NCBI RefSeq assembly: GCF_002105155.1
Contig: NW_019029004.1
Coordinates: 434,001-498,000 of the forward strand
DNA: 64,000 nucleotides
Direction: 5' to 3'
DNA from: Lobosporangium transversale
Lineage: Eukaryota
Part shown: piece by piece, positions 10,002 to 20,527 of the stretch
Numbering within the stretch: position 1 is the stretch's first letter
How the letters are laid out: each line of letters starts with the position of its first letter
Notes under the pieces: generated by a model
Told to the model about the DNA's origin: nothing
Seen by the model: the letters and a program-made list of their open reading frames with translations, nothing else
Database searches by the model: none
Position numbers and translations under genes: made by a program

Positions 10002-11616
10002 CAGTGGCTTCCAATATTGTCCAAGTGTTTCATTCTTCCAAAGGAAAACTATAAGTGTTCAACAGTGAGCAGCGCTTGTGCCCTTGGATCCTAGATGGGA
10101 GCAACCTGGAAGACATACTTTATTTGCTCAAAACCTATTAGCGCTCCTGCTTGTTTCTGATAGCTTTTCACTACTTTGAAATTTTCCTCTCATTTGGACA
10201 ATTTTTTAACCATCGTTTTTTTTCACCTATCAAAACCTCGTATTGCCCCCTTTCGCCCTTATGGCTGCTAACATCCGCTCAGGCATACTTCTTATCAGAT
10301 TGCGGCAGACCTCCTTCGGTGTCTCCTCCTCCCATATCTGGCTCACTCTTTCCCAGAGTTCCAGCATGCCTTCTGGAATGGTCCCATGTTCGCGAATTTT
10401 TTTTTTAAATGATCCCACAAATGCTCAATAGGGTTTAGGTCTGGTGAATTGGCAGGTCATGTCAGTATTCTACCTGACGCTCTTGTCAATCCAATAGAGG
10501 CAAGGTAGGTTGTGACTCTCTTAGCCGGATGCTTAGAATCATTGTCTTGTTGGAAGATAAATTGCTCTGGATCAATGTTGTACCAATCCACAGTATTCAA
10601 TAACTCGTCCTGGAGGATACGAATATACAGCTCGGAGTCCGGCGTGGAGTCGATCTTGGCCAAGTAGCCTGGCTCATCCCACGTCATGCAGCCCCAAACC
10701 ATGATCGAACCACCACCATGTTTGACTGTGGGCGAAACTAACTTTGGGTCAATATCGGCCGCCTTCACCTTTGGTTCTTTATTTGTTTCCACCCAAACAT
10801 AGCGCATGCCATCAGAAGATATCCTACAAATTTTGGACTCATCGGACCAAATTACTCGCTTCCAATCAGCTTCGGTCCAGTCTTTGTGCTGGAGAGCAAA
10901 GCCCAGTCGAGCTTTCTTTTGACGTTTTGTTAGCCTAGGCTTCTTGACGGCTTTTTTAGCTTCCAGGCCTATATCTCTCAGCGCCCGACGCACCGTATTA
11001 GCTGACACCGGATCTTCGTTCTCATCGTTATAGAGTCTGGTAGCATGGACAGCTGATGAGACTACACCACGGTGAAGCAACAATCGAATATAATATGCAT
11101 TCCGGTAATCGAACTTCCGTGGCCGACCAGCTCTACTTTTACTCCTGGCAGGCCCTAATGTCTTGGAGATATTATGGACTGAGGACTTGGTTATGCCTAC
11201 TTCTGTGGCAACCTGACGGATGGACTTGTGCTGCTCGAGTAAATGGAGAGCATCCTCAACAACGGGAGCTGTGATTGGCTTCATCTTTGGAGTGTTTAGA
11301 ATGAGTAACGTAGGCTCCTAGAAGAGTGTAGATGAAGAGTATCTACTCAAGTGTGTGGGAGATAATTTGAAAAAAATTCAGCAAAGGTGCGTAAAATAAG
11401 TGATGGTTATATAATTGTCCAAATGACATTAAATACTTTTGTCAATTAAAAACCATGATGAATGAGACTAGAGATATTTTAAACTGAACCAGTCCACATA
11501 TCATTGGCATACTTGTTTACTCTGATAAAAATAAAAGTGCAAGCAACCTTCGCTATTATTCTAATCAAGACGGAAAACATGAGCGTGGAACATTTAAACA
11601 AATTTGGAAGCCACTG
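10002..11616 (-). mobile_element. Tc1 DNA transposon family B (1615 bp)
   Basis: TA duplication at 10000-10001 and 11617-11618; ~30-bp TIRs starting CAGTGGCTTCCAA. Confidence 0.95.
10230..11284 (-). pseudogene. Tc1 transposase pseudogene (nonsense codon plus frameshift)
   Basis: WSDES, MVWGC, QQDND motifs. TGA at 10457-10459 replaces the conserved Trp of WPANSPDLNPIE, and there is a frameshift in the homopolymer run at ~10397-10406. Confidence 0.92.
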
Positions 11617-11934
11617 TAATTACCTCCCTGCGTTCTGCTCTTGCACTAATACATTCTCCTTTGAGCCACTCGCTTAATTCTCTGCGCTGCTTTTCCTTTT
11701 CGCGATTCGTTCTATCTTCACTGGGTACATAACAATTAATCACCCGAAGCTTTAATTGTCCTTTGAAATTAAAGTCTCTAGACTGCCCTCTGCTTCCACA
11801 TGAGGATATTCTCCCAGCATGTACCCATAGCCACTTGTGGATAATGAGGCCGACTCCCGTACCTCGCGTTTTCCCTTCCTCACCTGTTAACCACCAAAAT
11901 TTATAACTTTCTTGTTTTATATAGTCTGCTGCTA

Positions 11935-13538
11935 CAGTGGTCATCAAAAGTCATTCAATGATTTTGAATTTTTAACATTCTCATTCCTTTTCTTCATTCT
12001 CATCTAGCATGTGGCTAGTATATTTGGGGTAGTGCATTTGTTCCCCACACCTCATGATTACTTTCATGTCTCATTCCTAATTATGACTTCATTGTGAAAT
12101 AAAACCAATTTCAATTTGACCTGCCTATTGAATAACTTCTGCTGAATTTCAATGTTGATTGCAAAAAAAACTTTTTCACTTCTCTTTTTTCTACCAAGAT
12201 TACCTTCAGCTATATCTTCATACACCTCTACTTACAATTAACATTCCACATCGTTTAGTATTTATTATGAGGACGCTTTCTATGGAAAAGGTACAAAATG
12301 CTCAGGCCTTACTTCGACAAGGGAAGGCTACAAGCGAAGTGGCAAGGCGTCTTGGTATCTCTATTTCATCGGCAATAAGGATCAGGAGGGACGTCAAGGA
12401 CAATATTCCTAAACCCAGAATGGGCAGACCCTCATTGGTTTCCCCTGCTACCAAGAGGGTTATTGCACGCGAGGTTGATACGGGGAAACTTAGATCCATT
12501 CTGGCAGTTCAAGAATACATCAGATCGAGCCATGGAGTGCATGTCAGTGTAGAGACTGCCCGACGCTATGTAAAATCAGACGGTTTGAAAAACTATGTCC
12601 GCCCATTCAAGCCTAGGCTGACAAAAATGCAGATTGCGAAAAGGAAAAATTTTGCCCTCAACCACCTTGACTGGACTGTTGATGACTGGAAGCGAGTGAT
12701 GTTCTCGGACGAAAAGCTTTTTGAAAGGCTAGGGTCCTTAGGAGGAAGAACACAATATAGGCGACCCGGCCACAGGACTTTAGAAGATCGAGATGTTAGA
12801 GAGAGATCAAGAGGAGCACATAACAAACTTATGTGATGGGGCTGTATCACTTATCATGGTGTAGGCGATGGTTGCAGGATCCCTGTCACAGTTGATTCCT
12901 CTTTATATGTTGATGTTCTACAAGATTATGTCCTCGGCTCATGGAAGTGGTATGGCCAGAACCCTGAAAAGTTAATTTTTCAGCAGGACAATGCAAGTGT
13001 TCATACGAGTAGGATGGTTAAAGAGTTCTTAATTAAGTCACACATTACCACTTTGGAGTGGCCTCCAAATTCTCCTGACCTCAACCCTATCGAGAATGTA
13101 TGGGCCTACATGGATCATCGGCTCAAGGGATATGAGAAGGTACCAAAGGATCTGGATGAACTATGGGAAAGACTACAGGATATCTGGACATCTATTCCAC
13201 CTGACTTCCTTGATGAGCTATATGAAAGTATGCCACGAAGGGTAGAGGAACTACATCGCATGAAAGGAGGTCGTACACATTACTGAAGAACAGAAAAAAA
13301 AAACAAATAAAGCAAAGCTGCTGATTTTCTTCAAATGTCATTCAATGAGATGCCAATAATTGGCATTCATCTAAATTTTCAATTAGCAACAGGAGCTCAT
13401 TGACATTGTAGCAGGAGTGACGTTGTCGATGGTCAAACTCGCTACGTAAGTTTCATTAGCGACAAGCAAGATCAAATTGGAGAAAGGAATGAGAATGCCG
13501 AAATTCCTAATTCATTGAATGACTTTTGATGACCACTG
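11935..13538 (+). mobile_element. Tc1 DNA transposon family C, copy 1 (1604 bp)
   Basis: TA on both sides; TIR CAGTGGTCATCAAAAGTCATTCAATGA. Confidence 0.97.
12267..13286 (+). pseudogene. Tc1 DD34E transposase with a single in-frame TGA
   Basis: Reads MRTLSM...FSDEK...KLM*WGCITY...QQDNA...SPDLNPIE. The only lesion seen is TGA at 12834-12836. Confidence 0.93.
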
Positions 13539-14639
13539 TATTAATGAGGCAATGTGGATAATCACTGAAGTTTTTGGGCAGTACAGGCTGAGGGAAAACG
13601 GCAAGAAATAAGATTGAAGACAGTGCTTCTCTTCATTACCATTTCAAGTGATTGTACAATATGAAGCTGGTCCTTTAGACGCAGTGAGCATCTACATGTG
13701 CTGCTGAGTATGCAATACTGCGTGCTAAAGACGAACCAAGGTAAGTTGGCTATGATAATAAACTTGGAATGTAATGAGACAAAACTAAGGATTGTTGCGA
13801 TTAGCAGTCATTTATATGGGTTTTTACTATAGCTAAGGTTTTTACCCTTTTTATTTAACGAAGATCCCTGGATCATAATAAAGACATCTTTTTTTCGTTC
13901 TCGCTAATTATTATGACCCTGGCATATTTCAATAACAGAAAAGAATATTTATGTCTCTTTTCTATCACTATTAGTCACGGTTACGCTATTAAAGTATTTT
14001 AGCCACTTAGATATAGAGATATAGGTGATTGTGGCACGATCGGCTTTGAGTGCGAACTGTCACCAACTATCAAAAGACAAGTAATATCGGGTAAGAGGAT
14101 AGATATTCCACAAAATAAGCTGAGGTCTACCCATTGTATTTTGATGAATTTGATAAACAAAATAGTACCGAGGGCGCTTGAGTTCTTAATAAAGGACGAC
14201 AGAGATAAGGACATCTAAGAGGAAAGAAAGAGACTAGTGACATGGCGCGCTATGCATCATAGCAATGAGTATGGTAGTATGATTGGTTGTACATCTACCG
14301 ACACAAACTACACGTTAGAGATTCCTAATAACTGAATTCATCGTTGTGTGCTTAATAGTGTACGGAAATACCTAAGATGTATGCACGCGTTAAATGAAAG
14401 AAAGCATCGGGGAACCATAACAATGCAACCAACAAAAGTGCAAAGTAAAGCTGCATAGTATATTTCAACTATAGATAAATCATTTGTAATTCTGTATTTA
14501 GTCCCAGTCGCATAAAGAATGCCAACATCTACTCTGAGCTACATACGAACTTGATAAGATATTCTGGTCAGTATTTGATGCTTAGGCAGCGGCTCTAGAT
14601 CTAAGCCTGTGTCATGGAAGGCTTCCTGGTTATGGTGTT

Positions 14640-14800
14640 TAGGGCTAAAATAAAGACCCCGTACAAATAAAAAAAAAGACCCCCGTGCAAATAATTTTTT
14701 TTTATTTGCACGGGGGGAGCGGTGTAAATAAGGTGTGTACGGGGCAGTGCAAATAGATTTTTTAAATATTTGTACGGCCCCCGTGCAAATATCTTTTTCC
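14640..14800. repeat. Cluster of CCCCGT(G/A)CAAATA repeats in both orientations, probably the end of a DNA transposon
   Basis: About six direct or inverted copies of the motif, ending in ...ATCTTTTTCC. No partner end found. Confidence 0.5.
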
Positions 14801-14964
14801 AAAAGGATTAATCTATTTGGCAGCCTAGTTGCTAAATATTATTTGGCAGCCCATTGCCAAATATAATCAACTTTCAAGACTCTCTTTGGCAGCCCAGTTG
14901 CCAAATAACATTCATTATTTACTTGGCAGCCTACCCAGGGCTATTTGGCCTCTAACTATTTATT

Positions 14965-15017
<53 letters not shown>

Positions 15018-15023
15018 CAAGTA

Positions 15024-16626
15024 TAGTGCGTGCCAAAACTGATGCAATAAATTGCATTTTTCAACATTCATTCCTCATTCTCCTTCTTCCTCTTTATGAT
15101 CTTCCCTGCCACCACCGTTTCTCATTCTCATTTGTCTCACCTCCATGGAGTCTCATCGTCATCGCCATCAGTGGCCTAATTAGCATTTAATTGCAATTTG
15201 CTTTCAGCATCTCATTGCATCTATTATGGCAATTAACAACTTCTTGTTTTTATTTATTCCTGTTACTTCTCCTTTCCCCTAACGATGTTCCCTCCTTTAG
15301 CCTTATATAACTCCCTCATCCTCTTCGGCATACCGCAGTATAGTTTGTGTAAGAATTCAGGAGGGATATGTGTCCATACGTCTTGGACTCTCTCCCAGAG
15401 ATCCTCCATATTCTTTGCCTTGTCTGGATAATGATCCAACTGCACCTTCATGTATGCCCATATGTTTTCTATTGGGTTGATGTCAGGAGAGTTTGCTGGC
15501 CATTCCATGAGAGGTATCTTAGACTTTTGGATATAGGGCATTGCTATTCTTCCGGTATGAATCCTAGCATTGTCCTGCTGAAATATAAATTTGTCCTTAT
15601 CCATCAAGTAGTAATCCCTGGACTTAAAGATATAATCCTTGAGAACGTCGACGTATGTTACCGAATCCACCTTCTCTTGGAGCCAGCAGCCATCGCCTGG
15701 TCCGTAGTAAGTTATACAACCCCAGAACATCATTTTGCCTCCACCGCCTTGCCTTGTCTTTTTGATATGATGTGCTCGTAGAGTTTTATCCCATCGATGC
15801 TTGTAGTAGTACTTTCTTCCGCAGGACCCAACTCTGCTAAAGATGGTCTCATCTGAGAACATGACGTTCTTCCAGTCTTCTAGAGTCCAGTCCAAGTGAT
15901 CCTTTGCAAAATTATATCGAGCATAGATTTGCTTCTTCGTCAGATCAGGCTGCTTCTGTTTTACATATGCCCCCATATCATCCTGCATAAGGAACCTCCT
16001 GATGCTCGATTTACTAACCTGCACTCCTTCCCTCAATTGAACAAGTTGTTGGCCATCTTTTAGGGTCTCCAATACACCCATGTCAAAAAATCTTGATAAA
16101 AGCTGTTTCGTTTTCTTAGTAACTTTGCAGGGTCGGCCCCCTCTCAGCACTGGAATACTTTCTTTGCCTCTTTTCCTAATCCTTTGAGCTGAGGTAACAG
16201 ATATCCCTAAACTCTTTGACACTTCTCTGGAAGACTTTCCCTGATGAAGTAGAGCAGTTGCATTTTGGATAGTTGATTTGGATAATGATTTCATGTTATG
16301 ATAAAGATATGGCAGATATGTAGAGTGTCGCTTGGTGTATCAGTGGTGATGGTGCTATAAAGAAAGAATAAAGAATAAGAAAGAAGTAAGGGATGGACAA
16401 ACCTGACATGTACTTTTTACCAAAACTGATGCAATGAGACATGACTATACAAATGGCGATTATTCGCTAATTGCGTCATTGATGAGAACAGCGATGACAG
16501 TCTACGAAGGTGAGACAAATGAGAATGAGAAGCGGTGATGGTAGGGAAGATCATTAGAAAGGAAAAGGAGAATGAGGAATGAATGTTAAAAAATGCAAAT
16601 TATTGCATCAGTTTTGGCATGCACCA
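15024..16626 (-). mobile_element. Tc1 family A, copy 2 (1603 bp, inverted)
   Basis: TA at 15022-15023 and 16627-16628; same length as copy 1; one TIR substitution noticed at 16620. Confidence 0.97.
15263..16294 (-). CDS. Intact Tc1 DD34E transposase, protein identical to 8632-9663
   Basis: Identical 343-aa translation in the ORF track. Confidence 0.97.
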   Translation of the reverse strand: MKSLSKSTIQNATALLHQGKSSREVSKSLGISVTSAQRIRKRGKESIPVLRGGRPCKVTKKTKQLLSRFFDMGVLETLKDGQQLVQLREGVQVSKSSIRRFLMQDDMGAYVKQKQPDLTKKQIYARYNFAKDHLDWTLEDWKNVMFSDETIFSRVGSCGRKYYYKHRWDKTLRAHHIKKTRQGGGGKMMFWGCITYYGPGDGCWLQEKVDSVTYVDVLKDYIFKSRDYYLMDKDKFIFQQDNARIHTGRIAMPYIQKSKIPLMEWPANSPDINPIENIWAYMKVQLDHYPDKAKNMEDLWERVQDVWTHIPPEFLHKLYCGMPKRMRELYKAKGGNIVRGKEK

Positions 16627-17043
16627 TAGGTCGCTCATACAGTTTTGGAGGTGCCATTTGGAGATCAATGCCTATGAGAGGTTTTCGCTCGGAGCAAACG
16701 CGTCTCACCTACTACCTAGACGTCTTCAATAAACCATTCCCTAACCGTGTACATTGAAGGCTGTTTTGTGAAGATGTCATCGCCGCTGCCCTTAGTACCT
16801 CCGGCGACATTAGCTGTGCAAGGCAATGTATCCACAGAACGCTGCTTGTTTTACCACTGATGTTATGACCCTGTTTATCAAAAAAAAAAAAAAAAAAAAA
16901 AAAGTAATGTATTTGGCAGCCCAGCTGCCACCCAAGAGTGCGAAGTTAAGTGGCAGCCCCCAGAAGTAGGCTGCCAAATAGAGGCAAAAATTACTATATT
17001 TGGTATGGGCTGCCAAATAGATTAATCCTTTCCAAGGATAAAT

Positions 17044-17116
17044 CGCCCAATGTGGGGGTCGAACCCACAACCTTGAGATTAAGAGTCTCACGCTCTACCG
17101 ATTGAGCTAACCGGGC
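17044..17116 (-). tRNA. tRNA-Lys, anticodon CTT
   Basis: GCCCGGTTAGCTCAATCGGTAGAGCGTGAGACTCTTAATCTCAAGGTTGTGGGTTCGACCCCCACATTGGGCG forms a 73-nt cloverleaf with intact A and B boxes. Confidence 0.97.
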
Positions 17117-17215
17117 TTCAAGTATTGTCGTGAAAAAATCACTGTCTTAAGAACCGGGGGGTTATACTGAGATGCCCTTAAAAACCGCAACGAGACGCAA
17201 ATACATAGAACACAC

Positions 17216-18217
17216 TGAAATGTTGTACCAAGATAAAGGTCAGCCCAATGGCTGAGTAGTATACTCGTCAGGGTACCCTCCTGTCTAGCCCAGGGGCCGG
17301 GTTCGAGTCCTGGTTAAGGCACATAAAGTGAAGCAAAACATGTGCCAGGTCAGGGATTTGCTTGAGTTTTTATACTTTCTCTCCGAGACAGCCTAGTGTT
17401 CTCCGCTAAGGCTAAGATCGTGGGTGCACTACCCTAAGTCGCCTGGCTGGCCACATGTCTTAGGTATATATTCCACCCCCCAGCCGAACCAGCGGTACAT
17501 CTGGCAGCACATCCCCCATCCACCCACTTGACTAGGACAGCGATGATCACAAAGTTTGACGGAGTCCAAAGTAGAAATTTCAGACCAATCCCGCAAGATT
17601 TGGGTCCACATGCCAGTGGATTTGATCGAATAGAAAAAATTAAAAGTCGTCCTTAGCTAGAGTCGGCACGCCAGCCTCCGCGGCTTTTCACGGGCGCAAC
17701 AGGCCACATCGGAAGGATGGACTTCGAGTACCGATCACGGTGTACATTGGTAGAGAAAAACATGGATACGAATTGGCTCTTCACAGCCATACCGTGCGAA
17801 CTTTGAGAGTTTCGCTTGTTTCATAGTTGAGGGCGATATCATTACTTTAGAGCGAGATTATGAAATAAAATTCCTCACCTCTGTGGGTTCTTGTTAACGC
17901 GAAAAAGGAAAAAAAAGAAAAAATTGTACCAAGATAAAGGTCTTTATTAGTTTATGATACATATAATACTATACAAGTAACTAGTGCTGAGATGAATGAG
18001 GTTGCATACCTGAAGTGTTGTACCAAGATAAAGGTAAGGAACACTTCAGGGACGGAGAGTCCACTATTTATTATAGCGGGGAGGATCGGGTGGCTGAGCC
18101 CACGTCCAGGCAGGACGGGGTGGGTTTGAGGGTACCACTATAGGTATACCTCTGGTCCTACCTACCATGACGTCACTTGTTATAGGACGTGAGCTTAAGT
18201 TGCCTCGATTTAGGACA
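17216..18217 (-). repeat. 3' LTR of Ty3/gypsy element B (~300 bp once the SINE-like insertion is removed)
   Basis: Starts TGTCCTA after a short purine tract GGGGAG and ends GTACAACA(TTTCA), at 17221 or 17216. Contains a TATA-like TATAATAAATAG and AATAAA near the end. Confidence 0.7.
17242..17923 (+). mobile_element. tRNA-derived SINE-like retroposon (682 bp)
   Basis: Perfect 19-bp duplication TTGTACCAAGATAAAGGTC at 17223-17241 and 17924-17942. Head has A box TGGCTGAGTAG and B box GGTTCGAGTCC in a CCGGG/CCTGG T-arm. A-rich tail at ~17901-17923. Confidence 0.85.
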
Positions 18218-18921
18218 GACTCCCCACGAGAAATCCAAGCCGCCCCTGCGGCGTCAATCTTTGGATTGGGCCTTGAGAGGGAACGTGGTGGTCGCGCAGG
18301 AGGGGGCGATGCGGTAGCTGCGGGCCTTGCTGATGATGATGGGGCCGTTGTACGCGATGAACCTTCGAGGGGTATGGGTTGCACTGCTGTACCTACTTCT
18401 GGCTCCGACTGAGGCCCTCGCTCGTCTTCTTCTTGAATGGTCTCCATGGGGATGGTGAGTTCATCGCGACTGTTGCGGGTTTTATACCATGCGCGCGTCG
18501 GTTCTGGACTACCCGCGGGTAGATTCACTGGTTTCAGACGGTCTTTATGCACAAGGTCCATTTTCGCTTTTCCATCGGGCCAGATAAGCTTGTAGGCGCC
18601 AAAGGGGTAATCGTCTCGACACGCAATGGTCCATACCAAGGGTATTCAAATTTCCTTTTCGCTATGTTTTTTACTAAAACCCAGTCGCCAATCTCGTACA
18701 CTTGCCTCGGAGCTTCGGGGTCGATGTCATGTCTCTCATTATACCTTTCCTCCATGAGCCTTGCGGCTTCCTGTTGCCGCTCCTCGTTTGATAGCCTCTC
18801 AAGTCTCAATCTTTCAAGCTCGGCCTCTCTCGCGGCTTGAACCTCTGTGAAAACCGCTCCATCGAATACATAAGGACGAGTGAGGTCGCCAGGTATCGTG
18901 GGCTCGATTCCATAGACTATA
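18064..18921 (-). pseudogene. C-terminal integrase fragment of Ty3/gypsy element B, frameshifted and truncated at a Tc1-C end
   Basis: YIVYGIEPTIPGD, YEIGDWVLVK, YPWYGPLRV and GAYKL...LVHKDRLKP (GPY/F module). No chromodomain seen. Confidence 0.85.
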
Positions 18922-18923
18922 TA

Positions 18924-20527
18924 CAGTGGTCATCAAAAGTCATTCAATGAATTAGGAATTTCGGCATTCTCATTCCTTTCTCCAATTTGATCTTGCTTGT
19001 CGCTAATGAAACTTACGTAGCGAGTTTGACCATCGACAACGTCACTCCTGCTACAATGTCAATGAGCTCCTGTTGCTAATTGAAAATTTAGATGAATGCC
19101 AATTATTGGCATCTCATTGAATGACATTTGAAGAAAATCAGCAGCTTTGCTTTATTTGTTTTTTTTTTCTGTTCTTCAGTAATGTGTACGACCTCCTTTC
19201 ATGCGATGTAGTTCCTCTACCCTTCGTGGCATACTTTCATATAGCTCATCAAGGAAGTCAGGTGGAATAGATGTCCAGATATCCTGTAGTCTTTCCCATA
19301 GTTCATCCAGATCCTTTGGTACCTTCTCATATCCCTTGAGCCGATGATCCATGTAGGCCCATACATTCTCGATAGGGTTGAGGTCAGGAGAATTTGGAGG
19401 CCACTCCAAAGTGGTAATGTGTGACTTAATTAAGAACTCTTTAACCATCCTACTCGTATGAACACTTGCATTGTCCTGCTGAAAAATTAACTTTTCAGGG
19501 TTCTGGCCATACCACTTCCATGAGCCGAGGACATAATCTTGTAGAACATCAACATATAAAGAGGAATCAACTGTGACAGGGATCCTGCAACCATCGCCTA
19601 CACCATGATAAGTGATACAGCCCCATCACATAAGTTTGTTATGTGCTCCTCTTGATCTCTCTCTAACATCTCGATCTTCTAAAGTCCTGTGGCCGGGTCG
19701 CCTATATTGTGTTCTTCCTCCTAAGGACCCTAGCCTTTCAAAAAGCTTTTCGTCCGAGAACATCACTCGCTTCCAGTCATCAACAGTCCAGTCAAGGTGG
19801 TTGAGGGCAAAATTTTTCCTTTTCGCAATCTGCATTTTTGTCAGCCTAGGCTTGAATGGGCGGACATAGTTTTTCAAACCGTCTGATTTTACATAGCGTC
19901 GGGCAGTCTCTACACTGACATGCACTCCATGGCTCGATCTGATGTATTCTTGAACTGCCAGAATGGATCTAAGTTTCCCCGTATCAACCTCGCGTGCAAT
20001 AACCCTCTTGGTAGCAGGGGAAACCAATGAGGGTCTGCCCATTCTGGGTTTAGGAATATTGTCCTTGACGTCCCTCCTGATCCTTATTGCCGATGAAATA
20101 GAGATACCAAGACGCCTTGCCACTTCGCTTGTAGCCTTCCCTTGTCGAAGTAAGGCCTGAGCATTTTGTACCTTTTCCATAGAAAGCGTCCTCATAATAA
20201 ATACTAAACGATGTGGAATGTTAATTGTAAGTAGAGGTGTATGAAGATATAGCTGAAGGTAATCTTGGTAGAAAAAAGAGAAGTGAAAAAGTTTTTTTTG
20301 CAATCAACATTGAAATTCAGCAGAAGTTATTCAATAGGCAGGTCAAATTGAAATTGGTTTTATTTCACAATGAAGTCATAATTAGGAATGAGACATGAAA
20401 GTAATCATGAGGTGTGGGGAACAAATGCACTACCCCAAATATACTAGCCACATGCTAGATGAGAATGAAGAAAAGGAATGAGAATGTTAAAAATTCAAAA
20501 TCATTGAATGACTTTTGATGACCACTG
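18924..20527 (-). mobile_element. Tc1 family C, copy 2 (1604 bp, inverted), carrying the same in-frame TGA
   Basis: TA at 18922-18923 and 20528-20529; ORF-track translations identical to copy 1. Confidence 0.97.

Larger units (their letters stand above)
9905..11932 (-). pseudogene. LINE apurinic-endonuclease relic, split by Tc1 family B
   Basis: 11619-11932 encodes GTGVGLII and LRVINCYVP. The frame continues across the Tc1-B TA site as EVIISYLSGV, which looks like a degenerate VIIGDLNGV. Confidence 0.75.
14805..17028. mobile_element. Non-autonomous Mutator-like element containing Tc1-A copy 2
   Basis: TIR GGATTAATCTATTTGGCAGCC at both ends, many subterminal TTGGCAGCC repeats, and a 9-bp flank match TTTCCAAAA/TTTCCAAGG (7 of 9). 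Confidence 0.75.

Noticed and set aside
9989..11626. Near-palindromic target GAGGTAA...TTACCTC around Tc1-B
   Set aside because: Only 7-bp arms and not centred on the TA; compatible with chance.
14085..14135. Helitron Rep-like motif YRVRG*IFHKIS
   Set aside because: Too short and stop-ridden, with no supporting flanking motifs.
17243..17321. Second functional tRNA gene
   Set aside because: Acceptor, D and anticodon arms pair poorly; it is better explained as a SINE head.
17660..17782. HDV-like ribozyme pattern in the SINE body (GCC-TCCGC-GGC-TTTTCAC-GG...CGAA)
   Set aside because: L3 is too short, P2 would be only about 4 bp and no convincing nearby P1 strand exists. A covariance-model search would be needed.
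17216..18035. Three copies of TTGTACCAAGATAAAGGT as a CRISPR-like array
   Set aside because: Spacing is irregular; the copies are explained by the SINE target duplication plus an LTR-internal repeat.
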